A stretch of 26,099 nucleotides of DNA from a virus (lineage: Duplodnaviria; Caudoviricetes), in IMG/VR virus record IMGVR_UViG_3300034349_000011, positions 1 to 26,099 of that record. One strand, written 5' to 3'. How positions within the stretch are numbered: position 1 is the first letter of the stretch; every line of letters starts with the position of its first letter. Shown here piece by piece: positions 16,856 through 25,510 of the stretch. A model generated the notes under the pieces. It searched no databases. It was not told the origin of the DNA and worked only from the letters and a program-made list of their open reading frames with translations. The translations under genes were made by a program, and so were the position numbers.

Positions 16856-17770
16856 ATGGAAACGTATCATTTTGGAGCACTGGTGGGATCGGGTATCGCC
16901 GGGTTAATCTTCGGTGCACTGCTCGTCTACTTCATCATGCGGGAACGCGTTGAATGGACGAGTGACGCGCCAATGGATGATCCTAAACGGATGAACTTCA
17001 CCAGCATCGATGCTCTTCCCGCAGAGTTCCCTAGCAGTGGACCTCACGTCCCTGACTACGTCTGCGACCCGGAGAAGGCTCGTGAACGGGATGAACAGGT
17101 TGAACGTTTAAACGAGGAACAACGGATCGAAGACGAGCGTGAGAAAGTCACCCTCGAAAAACACATCAAGTCCCTGATGCGTGCTGGTTATGTGATGGTC
17201 GACGGTATTCCTCGTCGGTACTTATTCTGCCTCGAGGAAGGTGAAAAGACTCCGTTCGGGAATATGTACTACCGCAACGAAGAACCCGAAGAATGCCTCT
17301 CTATCGAGATCCGCGACCAGCGTCGCATCACTCAGCCACCTGAATGGTACGACCTGATCAGCGACTGCTACAAACTGGTTGATGGGGTCAAGTCCCTGCG
17401 TTACGCCCTGATGCTGTCCATGGGGGTTGAGCAAGATACCATCGAACGGCCATTGCGGTTGGTCTTCTACGACAACGGCTATATGCCGGTCATTAAGGTC
17501 TACACCGACATGAGCTGGTTTGATGACCAGCGTTGGGGTGGTCCTGTGATCATAGTGGGTCACAACGGTCAGGCGATGGGTATTGTACCGGCAATGAAGC
17601 CGTATGACGTCCATCTCCTTATGGAAGAGGTTGTCGCAAAGGCACTCCCCTTCATGGACGCTATGCCATCCGATTACGATGGTCACATGCAATTGTCCCA
17701 AGGTATCGCCGAATTACACGCTGCTATAAAGGAAGCTGGTTGCCATGCCAAAGAAGTCGAAGAAGCATAG
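16856..17770 (+). CDS. Protein with an N-terminal membrane anchor (304 aa)
   Basis: AAGGAAGG RBS; hydrophobic FGALVGSGIAGLIFGALLVYFIM. Confidence 0.8.
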   Translation: METYHFGALVGSGIAGLIFGALLVYFIMRERVEWTSDAPMDDPKRMNFTSIDALPAEFPSSGPHVPDYVCDPEKARERDEQVERLNEEQRIEDEREKVTLEKHIKSLMRAGYVMVDGIPRRYLFCLEEGEKTPFGNMYYRNEEPEECLSIEIRDQRRITQPPEWYDLISDCYKLVDGVKSLRYALMLSMGVEQDTIERPLRLVFYDNGYMPVIKVYTDMSWFDDQRWGGPVIIVGHNGQAMGIVPAMKPYDVHLLMEEVVAKALPFMDAMPSDYDGHMQLSQGIAELHAAIKEAGCHAKEVEEA

Positions 17771-17993
17771 AAAGGTGTTTGAGTTCATGTGTGCGTTTTG
17801 CGGGATCAGCAAACGTCATGATCAATTCACCTTGTGCGAAAACATCCAGGAGCACGTCCGTGACTTCCCACCCCGTAAACGTAATCCACATGCCACTGGC
17901 AAGTGTGATAACTGCTACGAGAAAGAAATGATTGCAAGTCTTCCCGGCAAAGGTTGGTGGGCTGCGATTAAACGAGTGTTCGGTATCAAGTGA
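17745..17993 (+). CDS. Small Zn-finger protein (CAFC...CDNC)
   Basis: Two CxxC motifs; ends directly before a terminator. Confidence 0.65.
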   Translation: MPKKSKKHRKVFEFMCAFCGISKRHDQFTLCENIQEHVRDFPPRKRNPHATGKCDNCYEKEMIASLPGKGWWAAIKRVFGIK

Positions 17994-17996
17994 TAA

Positions 17997-18052
17997 CATA
18001 GAGCCCCTCAGCCACTACGGCTGAGGGGCTCTATGCCGCTTGTTTCTTTTTT
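17997..18052 (+). terminator. Strong terminator at the early/structural boundary
   Basis: Perfect 17-bp stem CATAGAGCCCCTCAGCC-ACTAC-GGCTGAGGGGCTCTATG, then CCGCTTGTTTCTTTTTT. Confidence 0.85.
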
Positions 18053-18114
18053 GCGTGTGTGTGATCTGGGCTAATCGTATAGGCAACCATTACTAGGCTA
18101 CGAGGCCCGACACC

Positions 18115-18723
18115 ATGTTAGAGAATCTACCCGTAATGCTGGCGTCGCTCCGTACGCTTTCCGCTCGCATTCTTGCCCGTATCAATACCAAGCTTGATGC
18201 CACCGCCACCGCGGTCGCTGCACTCAAGCTGGCTAACGCTCGTACTATTTCCATGACCGGGGATGGCACGTGGACATTGACCTTCGATGGCACTGCAAAC
18301 GCTACCGGCGCCATGACCCTGAAGAATACTGGCACTGCCGGTACATTCGGATCAGCCACCCAGATCCCAACGATCACCGTGGATGCTAAAGGACGTATCA
18401 CTGGTATCACGCTGGCCACGATCAAGCCACAGACCATCATGCCAGTCAGCGAGACTGTTACCATTGCGGCCGACACTCCTCGCCAGTATGACCTGCAAAC
18501 CTTGATGGGGGCGAATTTTGCCAACTACGACATCAAGACGGCTGAGATCTGCGTCCGTGTGAAAGAAACGAACCCAGCATCTCCACTGCTCGGCGCATAT
18601 GCCAACGCAGAAGCCTACGTGTCCTACGGTTTGAAAGACAACCGTTACGTGATCGTAGCCAACCAGTCTGCCTCGGCGATTGACGTCTACATCAAAGTGA
18701 TCATCCAACCTGTAGGGGCTTGA
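18115..18723 (+). CDS. Short tail-fibre protein (202 aa)
   Basis: Fibre shaft motifs ARTISMTGDGTWTLTFDGTAN and ITVDAKGRITG. Confidence 0.75.
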   Translation: MLENLPVMLASLRTLSARILARINTKLDATATAVAALKLANARTISMTGDGTWTLTFDGTANATGAMTLKNTGTAGTFGSATQIPTITVDAKGRITGITLATIKPQTIMPVSETVTIAADTPRQYDLQTLMGANFANYDIKTAEICVRVKETNPASPLLGAYANAEAYVSYGLKDNRYVIVANQSASAIDVYIKVIIQPVGA

Positions 18724-18725
18724 TC

Positions 18726-21290
18726 ATGGCTGATATTTCCTTTGACGTGGCTGAGGGGTACTACCTCTCGGCTTTCACCGCACACATGATCCTGAGTGGT
18801 AACGTTCAGAGCTTGCAGTTCAGTGTGAACGGTGCTCCCCCATCGATCTCCAAGTACGTGGCGTACGACCAACTCGTTCCGCCGAACCCGTTTATCGCCG
18901 TGACACAAGACGGTACGGGTAACGTGGTATACGACGGAGGCTTCCCGAAGTTCTACAACAACACTCCGCCAGTGGCGGGAATCAACGCTTCGATCACCAT
19001 GGAGTTCAAAGCCACCTGCACTGGTCAAGTCGGTACCGAGAACCTCTATTACTACAACGCATTCACCAACAAGAACGTCACCGTCGCTACTGGGGACAAG
19101 TTGGTGTTTGACATGTTCCAGAACAACGCTGCCGCTAGGGTAGGACTGGATGCCATCACGGCAAATGATCCAGCACTGTTCCCTGGTCAGTATTCGCTGC
19201 GTGATTGGGGTGCTCCTGGAGCATCTCTGGTGAATGACCAGAACGGTATCCGTATCCACCCTGCTGCTGATCTAGGTGGTCGTGCTGTTAACCAGTGGTA
19301 TCACCGCGAGTTCGACCTGACTCCGTGTGCCGGTCAGACCTTCATCAAATGGTCGATGGCGTATGAGGGTGAGGCTGCTGGAGACTTCGCTACACGGTTC
19401 CGTGACATATACATCTTGGATCGCAACGGTAACATCAAAGCGACGTTGTTCAAGGATGTTATCGATCTGCCTAACAGCTCGTCTGCTGAAGCCGGTGCGT
19501 CAGGGTACACCAACCTTGTCAAGTCTCTCTACGACCCTCGTAGCCAGCTTACAGGGTCGTACAAGTACTTGTACAACGCGATCCTCTGGACAGCGAACCA
19601 GAAGAAGCTGACGGCGGGTAACCGCAAGATCCTCATCATGGGTGACCTGTTATCCAACAGCAACTACGGTGTCAAGAACACCGCGGGTAACGGCTTCTTC
19701 ATCAGCTTTACACGCTTGTGTGCTGCGGTGGGTTTCACTCCAACCTTCGTTGACCCGTCTGATTACGTCAGCGGTCAGCTGGATACAACACTGGCCACGC
19801 TTGAACAATATGCTTGTGTGCTGTTGATGTCGGCCGGGGGTTATCCGACCCCGTTGATCAGTGATGCGTGTGTTGCCAACTTGGTACAGTACCGCAGCAA
19901 CGGAAGCGGTATCATCGTTGTTACCGACGACGGTCCGGTGCTCACGAACATCTCCCAAGCATACCCAACGCCAGCAGTCGCCCGTCAGTTCTTTGCCACG
20001 GCAAACAAACTGGTGGTGAACTTCGGTGCGTACTTCTCGGGTAACTACGACCGCACACCTGTCAACGTAGGTTTCCTGCGTTCGACATATGGCGATCACC
20101 CGTTATACGCGGGAATGGACAACTCGGAAAGCATCCAGGCAGGTGGCTCTGAGAGTCGTGTGCAAGTGGCTACCTTCACGTCGGTACTGCCGGGCAATGT
20201 TCCACCGTTCAGTATCCCGTTGGGTAAGACTGTCATCCGTGTCGCTGCTGTGTTGAACACAGGGGAGATCGTTCCTTACAAGATCGAGTACAACGTCGTT
20301 TCGTTTAAGGTCACGTTCTCTGATGGGACGCAGATCAAAGACAACGGTCAAGTGCTGGATGTCGGTGTGAAGAACCAAACCCTGATCTCAGCCGCAGTGG
20401 CAGGTACGTTGGCGGAGAACGCAGCAGGTATCGTTTACAAGAACGGTGCACGGGTCGGGACATTCTCCTACACCCAAGCTGGCGGTTCTGTACAGACGTG
20501 GGATGGTGGTGGCATCGGTCCTGTCAAGGTGCAGACTGGTGACAGTTTCAGTGTGGGGTTGACCACGCCGGTTGTGATGACCAGTGCGATCTCCATCAAG
20601 CGGTTCCAGCCAGCCATCAAAGGCAAACACGACCTGTCTGAAGTTATGCGTACCTTACGTGCCTTCTCACCAGCGTTGACCGACATCGCCCGTGTCAGAA
20701 AGATGGTCGAGGACATTAGCGCTGTGGTTCCGCACCTCGGGATCAAACATGCGCAGAACATGCCCATCAACCTGAAACTACTCGGCGAATACTTCAACAA
20801 CGAAGGTATCGCTTCTCTGGTACTGCCTAACGCAGCCACGGTACCTTACAATGCTGCGGCGCGACCATGGTCGGCCAGTGGGACATACGCACTACAGAAA
20901 CCCATCAACCCCGTTACTGGTGCAGTAGTTGATTTTGGTTACCTGGCATTCTCTCCTGTCTACGGGCACGAGTCGGTACCAGCAAACTTTAAGTTGGATT
21001 ACTACGCCAACGTCTACCTTCCTGCTGGCACGTACAGGGTCTTCAGTCAGGCGGATGACATCTTCGATTTCTACATCGACGGGGCTTTGGTGATCAACGC
21101 ACCGGGTCTAGGTCAGAACGATATCACTCTCGCTGAGAGCCGCTTCTACGCGCTAAAGATATCCAACACCAACGTCCCAGCCAATACGCCATCTTATTGG
21201 TCGTTTGCAATGGTCAACCTAGCCACAGGTGTAGTGGCATTGCGCCCAGAGCCTGGTGTCTGGAAAACTCAAGAATACAGCGCTTCGTAA
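18726..21290 (+). CDS. Large virion/tail-associated protein with putative carbohydrate-binding modules
   Basis: YDGGFPKFYN motif, a beta-rich DQNG...NQWYHREFDL module and a C-terminal PA14-like YLPAGTYRVFSQADDIFDFYIDG segment; located in the fibre cluster. Confidence 0.7.
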   Translation: MADISFDVAEGYYLSAFTAHMILSGNVQSLQFSVNGAPPSISKYVAYDQLVPPNPFIAVTQDGTGNVVYDGGFPKFYNNTPPVAGINASITMEFKATCTGQVGTENLYYYNAFTNKNVTVATGDKLVFDMFQNNAAARVGLDAITANDPALFPGQYSLRDWGAPGASLVNDQNGIRIHPAADLGGRAVNQWYHREFDLTPCAGQTFIKWSMAYEGEAAGDFATRFRDIYILDRNGNIKATLFKDVIDLPNSSSAEAGASGYTNLVKSLYDPRSQLTGSYKYLYNAILWTANQKKLTAGNRKILIMGDLLSNSNYGVKNTAGNGFFISFTRLCAAVGFTPTFVDPSDYVSGQLDTTLATLEQYACVLLMSAGGYPTPLISDACVANLVQYRSNGSGIIVVTDDGPVLTNISQAYPTPAVARQFFATANKLVVNFGAYFSGNYDRTPVNVGFLRSTYGDHPLYAGMDNSESIQAGGSESRVQVATFTSVLPGNVPPFSIPLGKTVIRVAAVLNTGEIVPYKIEYNVVSFKVTFSDGTQIKDNGQVLDVGVKNQTLISAAVAGTLAENAAGIVYKNGARVGTFSYTQAGGSVQTWDGGGIGPVKVQTGDSFSVGLTTPVVMTSAISIKRFQPAIKGKHDLSEVMRTLRAFSPALTDIARVRKMVEDISAVVPHLGIKHAQNMPINLKLLGEYFNNEGIASLVLPNAATVPYNAAARPWSASGTYALQKPINPVTGAVVDFGYLAFSPVYGHESVPANFKLDYYANVYLPAGTYRVFSQADDIFDFYIDGALVINAPGLGQNDITLAESRFYALKISNTNVPANTPSYWSFAMVNLATGVVALRPEPGVWKTQEYSAS

Positions 21291-21309
21291 AGACTAAGAG
21301 GTAATCACG

Positions 21310-22161
21310 ATGAACTTCACTGCTCTGATGAGTTCCATCTCCCTGTTGGGTGGAAAGATCAAAACAAAACTGGCGCTGAAACTGGATAAAGCGGACATCG
21401 ACGGTCGTGGACTGTTGACTCCGTTGGACATGACCGCAGGTGCTGGTCTGGCAATTGCCCAAGCCCTCCCCGGTGCGTTGTACGGTAAGGGTATCATCTT
21501 CGGTCGTGCGAAAGCATCCGACTTGGGTGGCTTGACCGGTCCTGTCGTAACAGGTGGTAAAACAGGTGTGTTGAAGATCTTCGCTGAGATCAATTCGGGG
21601 GCTACCGGTAGCACACCGTTTGCGTGCATCCGTCGAGAGTTCAGCGGTTCTGGTGGACTGATGTTTGTTCAGTACGCTGTTGATGCTACCACCTGGAGTG
21701 CGTGGCAAGGTGTCGCCACTACGGACGGCACCATCAAGCAGGCGCAATCGTTTTACTTGGCTTCGCAGGCTGCTTACGTCGGTACACCGATCGTAGCCAG
21801 TGCTGTGATACAAGGTACGATGATCATGGCGCAGGTTCGTGTACGGGCTACTGACGACACGAACATCACTGATGAATTGATCATCTCCAACATCGCCACG
21901 CTCGACCCTCTGTGGTCGGTGAGCAATACCGATGTCGGTATCCTCACGATGTGGACAGAGGCCATCGGTACTAACCTGACCAATCCGTTCATCCGACGTG
22001 AACTGTTGATCAACGGTCGTACGCTGGTGTCCAGTGCGTTGACTACCGACTCTGCATGGGGTGCGTGGACGCTTAAGCGAGAGATCGCTAACACCATCAC
22101 CGTCTCCACGGCAGCTCCTAGCGGCGGTCAAGACGGCGACATCTGGTTGCAGTACAGCTAA
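21310..22161 (+). CDS. Tail-fibre protein with two knob-like units and a C-terminal STAAPSGGQDGDIW motif
   Basis: GAGGT RBS; units end in TWSAW and AWGAW; the terminal S.P....GDIW motif is typical of fibres. Confidence 0.75.
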   Translation: MNFTALMSSISLLGGKIKTKLALKLDKADIDGRGLLTPLDMTAGAGLAIAQALPGALYGKGIIFGRAKASDLGGLTGPVVTGGKTGVLKIFAEINSGATGSTPFACIRREFSGSGGLMFVQYAVDATTWSAWQGVATTDGTIKQAQSFYLASQAAYVGTPIVASAVIQGTMIMAQVRVRATDDTNITDELIISNIATLDPLWSVSNTDVGILTMWTEAIGTNLTNPFIRRELLINGRTLVSSALTTDSAWGAWTLKREIANTITVSTAAPSGGQDGDIWLQYS

Positions 22162-22166
22162 CCAGT

Positions 22167-22361
22167 ATGGCCATGAAGGTGAAAGTAGCCGGGTCTTGGA
22201 GATCTCACCTCGTGGCCACTAAGGTAGCAGGGAGCTGGAGACCGGTGAACAAAGTGTACGTCAAGAAAGCAGGAATCTGGAAGACCGTTTATACACGAGG
22301 TCTTCTGGACTACCTTATCGATGGACTTGGCAATATCCTCGGCGGAATCTTAGGCCGATAA
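22167..22361 (+). CDS. Small fibre-associated protein with three K-(V/K)-A-G-x-W repeats (64 aa)
   Basis: KVAGSWR, KVAGSWR and KKAGIWK, followed by an amphipathic helix. Confidence 0.75.
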   Translation: MAMKVKVAGSWRSHLVATKVAGSWRPVNKVYVKKAGIWKTVYTRGLLDYLIDGLGNILGGILGR

Positions 22362-22376
22362 TAAAGGACACGCGCT

Positions 22377-23000
22377 ATGTACTTCTCTGCAATTGAACTG
22401 GCATTCATCAGTCGTCCGGATGTCTGGCCAGACAGTATCGTTGTCTCTGATGAGATTCACAACACGATCATGACGGAACTCGCCAATGGTCGCGTACTCT
22501 CGGCAGACGGCAATGGATACCCTGTTACCGTTGAACATCCACCTGAACCTGAACTACCCATCGAACAACTGGTGTCCAACACCATCTACAAGTTGAACGG
22601 TGATTACGAAGCAGCAGTGACCAAACTGCGTGGGAACTACCCTGCCGGTGAGATCACCACCTGGCCAGTGCAGATCGCTGAAGCGAAGCTGTACAACACG
22701 TGGCGTCTGGCAGGCAGTACACCCCCAAGTCCTGATACGCCGTTCCTGATTGACCTCAGTTCTGCTCGTACAGCAGAAGGTGTGGGCGATGGTCTGATCG
22801 ATCTGATTGACCGAGTGTTGGCCAACGATGCTATCTACAGTCCAGCGATTTCTCACCTCACGGCAGTGCGCCATGCGGCCGAAAGGGATCTGTTGATGGC
22901 TAAAGCCATTGGTACTGTCGACGACGTGAAGGCCGTTACGTGGAATTTCTCGATGGAATTGCCAGACGAGCCGACTGCTACACAGCCTGAAGAAGTGTGA
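22377..23000 (+). CDS. Tail-fibre assembly chaperone (Tfa-like)
   Basis: AAGGA RBS; P.D...VSDE...NG..L.ADGNGYP.....PP N-terminus and YP..E..TW..Q..EA motif. Confidence 0.75.
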   Translation: MYFSAIELAFISRPDVWPDSIVVSDEIHNTIMTELANGRVLSADGNGYPVTVEHPPEPELPIEQLVSNTIYKLNGDYEAAVTKLRGNYPAGEITTWPVQIAEAKLYNTWRLAGSTPPSPDTPFLIDLSSARTAEGVGDGLIDLIDRVLANDAIYSPAISHLTAVRHAAERDLLMAKAIGTVDDVKAVTWNFSMELPDEPTATQPEEV

Positions 23001-23005
23001 TACAT

Positions 23006-23046
23006 CCCACTGGGAGAACTACGGTTCTCCCAGTGGGTCTATTATT
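23006..23046 (+). terminator. Perfect 14-bp hairpin terminator
   Basis: CCCACTGGGAGAAC-TACG-GTTCTCCCAGTGGG followed by TCTATTATT. Confidence 0.75.
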
Positions 23047-23068
23047 CGATTCGAAAAAGTTATGGCAA

Positions 23069-23076
23069 TACATTGT
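23069..23076 (+). promoter_or_regulatory. Putative early promoter core (TACATTGT)
   Basis: Variant of the recurrent motif in AT-rich context; followed by a hairpin (ATAGAGAGA-CTAA-TCTTTCTAT). Confidence 0.5.
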
Positions 23077-23133
23077 ACTGGTGAATAGAGAGACTAATCT
23101 TTCTATCTTACCTAGCCCTTGGAGGGCACTACA

Positions 23134-23340
23134 ATGAAACTGATCCACATCCGCTTCAATGACAACTTCGCCGAACTGATCAAGGCTGGCCTTGACGCTG
23201 GTTCCGCTAAAATCATTGCTGCTAAACTGCGCATGCGCGTAATCCTGGCTGTTGCTATCTCTGACAAAGGCATCCACGTTGACCTGTACGACTCCGCTGA
23301 TTCCGTGGAGAAGAACTATGTCTTCGCTTTCGCTGCTTAA
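23134..23340 (+). CDS. Small stand-alone protein (68 aa)
   Basis: GGAGG RBS before the ATG at 23134; strongly biased codons (GCT, ATC, TTC, CTG, CGC/CGT); own promoter-like motif and terminator. Confidence 0.8.
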   Translation: MKLIHIRFNDNFAELIKAGLDAGSAKIIAAKLRMRVILAVAISDKGIHVDLYDSADSVEKNYVFAFAA

Positions 23341-23348
23341 TCTGAAAG

Positions 23349-23394
23349 AGTGATCACCGGCAGTAGCCGGTGATCACTACCTTTCTTTTTCTTT
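23349..23394 (+). terminator. Intrinsic terminator
   Basis: AGTGATCACCGGC-AGTA-GCCGGTGATCACT followed by ACCTTTCTTTTTCTTT. Confidence 0.85.
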
Positions 23395-23424
23395 GGTTTA
23401 CGGTAATGAAAAACAAATAGAAAA

Positions 23425-23432
23425 TACATTAT
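23425..23432 (+). promoter_or_regulatory. Putative early promoter core (TACATTAT)
   Basis: Recurrent motif preceded by an A-rich tract. Confidence 0.55.
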
Positions 23433-23467
23433 AGATTAGACTTAACCACTAGGAACAAGAACAAGCC

Positions 23468-24148
23468 ATGACCAGCCAAAGCACTCTCAGACACGTCCGG
23501 TTTTATACTGATACAGAATTTAACAGTGGAGGAGGTAAGCTACTCTCCGCAGCAATGGTGAGCTCTACGGGTCATCGGTGGTATGAAGCCATGTTGTTAC
23601 CAGAGGGAGTCGATCTTGACTACTGGCCTTCTCAACACGTGATCCCATTCTTGGGTACCACACAGATCCCTCGCGAAGAGGTAATCGTCTCCCTGCGTAA
23701 GTTCCTCAGTCCGTTCGACATCGTGACACTGATCATGGACAACAACACTGACGCTAACCACTTCGCTAAACTGTTCGAGGAAGTCAAACCTCGTGCACTG
23801 ATCAAGATGGAGTTCGTCAAACCCCGCAAAGGTGTCAAGCATCTGTCCAAGGTGATGCACAACGCACTGAGCGATGCACACGGCCTGATGGAAGCCGTAC
23901 TCGGGTCAACGGAGCTGGATGTCAATGGCGTGTCTCCACGAGCGGTATACACGCAACTGGAAGCCATGAACCTCAGCCTCAATGCTATCAATAGCGAGTA
24001 CGAGTTCGTGACCCTCGATGAGCAAGGTAACGTCATCGTCAAAGTCCGGCCAGTCCATTCTGGAAATCCCCACAAGACGCTGGATCGATGGTCCGACAGT
24101 TACGACCATGCTATCGGTTCGTGCTTCATCACTGTCATCCCGGCATAA
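23468..24148 (+). CDS. DEDDh 3'-5' exonuclease (Rv2179c/RNase AS-like) with a C-terminal extension
   Basis: ExoI FYTDTEF, LLSAAMV, W...HVIPFL, a mid-domain Asp (NTDA) and ExoIII HNALSDA. Confidence 0.8.
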   Translation: MTSQSTLRHVRFYTDTEFNSGGGKLLSAAMVSSTGHRWYEAMLLPEGVDLDYWPSQHVIPFLGTTQIPREEVIVSLRKFLSPFDIVTLIMDNNTDANHFAKLFEEVKPRALIKMEFVKPRKGVKHLSKVMHNALSDAHGLMEAVLGSTELDVNGVSPRAVYTQLEAMNLSLNAINSEYEFVTLDEQGNVIVKVRPVHSGNPHKTLDRWSDSYDHAIGSCFITVIPA

Positions 24149-24203
24149 CCTCTACACTCGCCCTGCACTTCGGTGCAGGGTTCTATGCCCCTCCTTTATT
24201 TTT
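24142..24203 (+). terminator. Terminator (GGCATA...TATGCC type)
   Basis: CCCTGCAC-TTCG-GTGCAGGG with outer GGCATA/TATGCC arms and a TTTATTTTT tail. Confidence 0.8.
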
Positions 24204-24246
24204 GGCCTTCCCGGTTAAAAATAGTCACAGTAAGATATATAGGTTT

Positions 24247-24254
24247 ATCCTATG
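24247..24254 (+). promoter_or_regulatory. Putative late promoter/TSS motif ATCCTATG
   Basis: The same 8-mer occurs at 25397-25404; phiKZ late promoters carry TATG at the start site; it lies upstream of a structural gene. Confidence 0.45.
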
Positions 24255-24301
24255 AAGCGCAGTAAAACACTGGGCTTACTTACCTGATGACCGAGGCGAT
24301 T

Positions 24302-24808
24302 ATGTCCGTAAATGCTCAAGCGCTCCTAGCGTCGATTGGCAACTTCAAAGACAAGACTATCCTTGCCATTGAAGATGCAAACACCCGTGCCGTCGGTCAA
24401 ACCGACATCCTCATCCAAGACATGGATGAAGAGCTCCAGCGCGCCATTCTGGAGCTCGGCTCCCCTGCGGGCGGTAACTTCACCGTTGCTGTAACCGAAG
24501 CGTCCATGGCTCTGCCTGCCAACGAGATCGACGTTGGTAAAGCGAACCACTACAGCAAGACCGTCACGGCTAACACTGCCCTGACCGTCACCAACGTGCC
24601 AGTGGCACCTCGTGTAGCGACCTTCATCCTGCACATCACCAACGGCGGTGCTTTCACCATGTCCTGGTGGCCGAACATTCGCTGGGCTGAAGGTGTTGCC
24701 CCAGCATTGTCGACCGCTGGTCGTGACGTCATCGGTTTCTCCACCCTGAACGGTGGCGCTACTTGGGATGGCTACCTGATCGGTAAAGACATGAAGGCTT
24801 CGGTTTAA
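24302..24808 (+). CDS. Fibre/virion-associated protein (168 aa)
   Basis: GAGG RBS favours the ATG at 24302; C-terminal module W..G.AP.LS..GRD...F.T..GG.TW.G typical of fibre-associated genes. Confidence 0.75.
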   Translation: MSVNAQALLASIGNFKDKTILAIEDANTRAVGQTDILIQDMDEELQRAILELGSPAGGNFTVAVTEASMALPANEIDVGKANHYSKTVTANTALTVTNVPVAPRVATFILHITNGGAFTMSWWPNIRWAEGVAPALSTAGRDVIGFSTLNGGATWDGYLIGKDMKASV

Positions 24809-24936
24809 TCCGATAGCCCTGTCCTCTTAACGAGAGACAAGTGTCAAGTAAAAGGAATTTCAAACGGGGGCCTAAACCGCGCCCGTTACGCCGGCCTCGT
24901 CGTCTCTGTTCATTTTTGTTGTTGAGGGTTTACCAA

Positions 24937-25365
24937 ATGCTTATTAACACCGAAACGTTACAACGCGTTGAAGACTACCAACTGCGTCAGCTGTACCCAA
25001 ACGTGTCGTTCCCACAGCAGCTGTCGGATGCAGCCTTGGTCGACTTCCCGTTCAAAGTGCTGAACTACCCTGAGCAGCCATCTGTTCCTGCGCATCAGAA
25101 GATCGTCGATAGCGGTAACGAAGAGATCGAAGGTCAGTGGTTCATCGTCTGGCAAGTGGTCGATAAGACCCCTGAAGAACTGTACGCCGAGAATTCTCGC
25201 GTGTGGGAAATCCAGGCTCGTCTGGTGGCTATCGACTCCGAGTCCCTGCGCCCACTGCGTCAGCTTGCTGCCGGTTCTGACACCGCTTCTGCTACACAGA
25301 AGCTGACTGAACTCAACACCGAGTTCGACGCTCTGACTGCCGAACTGGCTGCCCTGCAACCATAA
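24937..25365 (+). CDS. Tail-fibre chaperone-like protein (142 aa)
   Basis: GAGGG RBS before the ATG at 24937; LR..YPNVSFP and G.W...W.V motifs, then a coiled-coil C-terminus. Confidence 0.7.
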   Translation: MLINTETLQRVEDYQLRQLYPNVSFPQQLSDAALVDFPFKVLNYPEQPSVPAHQKIVDSGNEEIEGQWFIVWQVVDKTPEELYAENSRVWEIQARLVAIDSESLRPLRQLAAGSDTASATQKLTELNTEFDALTAELAALQP

Positions 25366-25403
25366 GCGTTAAGCGCCGTTACTAGCCAAAAGACACATCC
25401 TAT

Positions 25404-25509
25404 GTACAGGCAGTTTCGACTGCACGTAAGGGGGTGATCCAGCCTAGTTCCTTCCCGGAGTGATGAGCACTGCTGCGAAGCGTTGCATGCACTCCACCGG
25501 CGCCTGTAC
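25404..25509 (+). ncRNA. Candidate stand-alone structured ncRNA (~106 nt), family unknown
   Basis: Begins at the G of ATCCTATG; 5' GTACAGGC is complementary to 3' GCCTGTAC; internal UUCG and GNRA hairpins; terminator immediately downstream. Confidence 0.6.
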
Positions 25510-25510
25510 G

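Noticed and set aside
22140-22170. Programmed frameshift or readthrough fusing the fibre (21310) with the 64-aa KVAGxW gene
   Set aside because: The ORFs are in different frames with a 5-nt gap, and I see no slippery heptamer or stimulatory structure.
24284-24310. CTGATGA hammerhead half-core upstream of the 24302 gene
   Set aside because: No stem II followed by GAAA; the sequence is simply the RBS/start region.
25460-25480. Hammerhead-like string GTGATGA-GCA-CTGC-TGC-GAAG within the candidate ncRNA
   Set aside because: It deviates from the CUGANGA/GAAA core at essential positions (C3 and the last A), I found no matching stems I and III, and a GNRA hairpin explains the same bases better.
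25404-25509. Canonical tRNA or tmRNA call for the structured RNA
   Set aside because: No correctly placed D, anticodon and T arms; it ends ACCG rather than ACCA; it is far too short for tmRNA and has no tag ORF.
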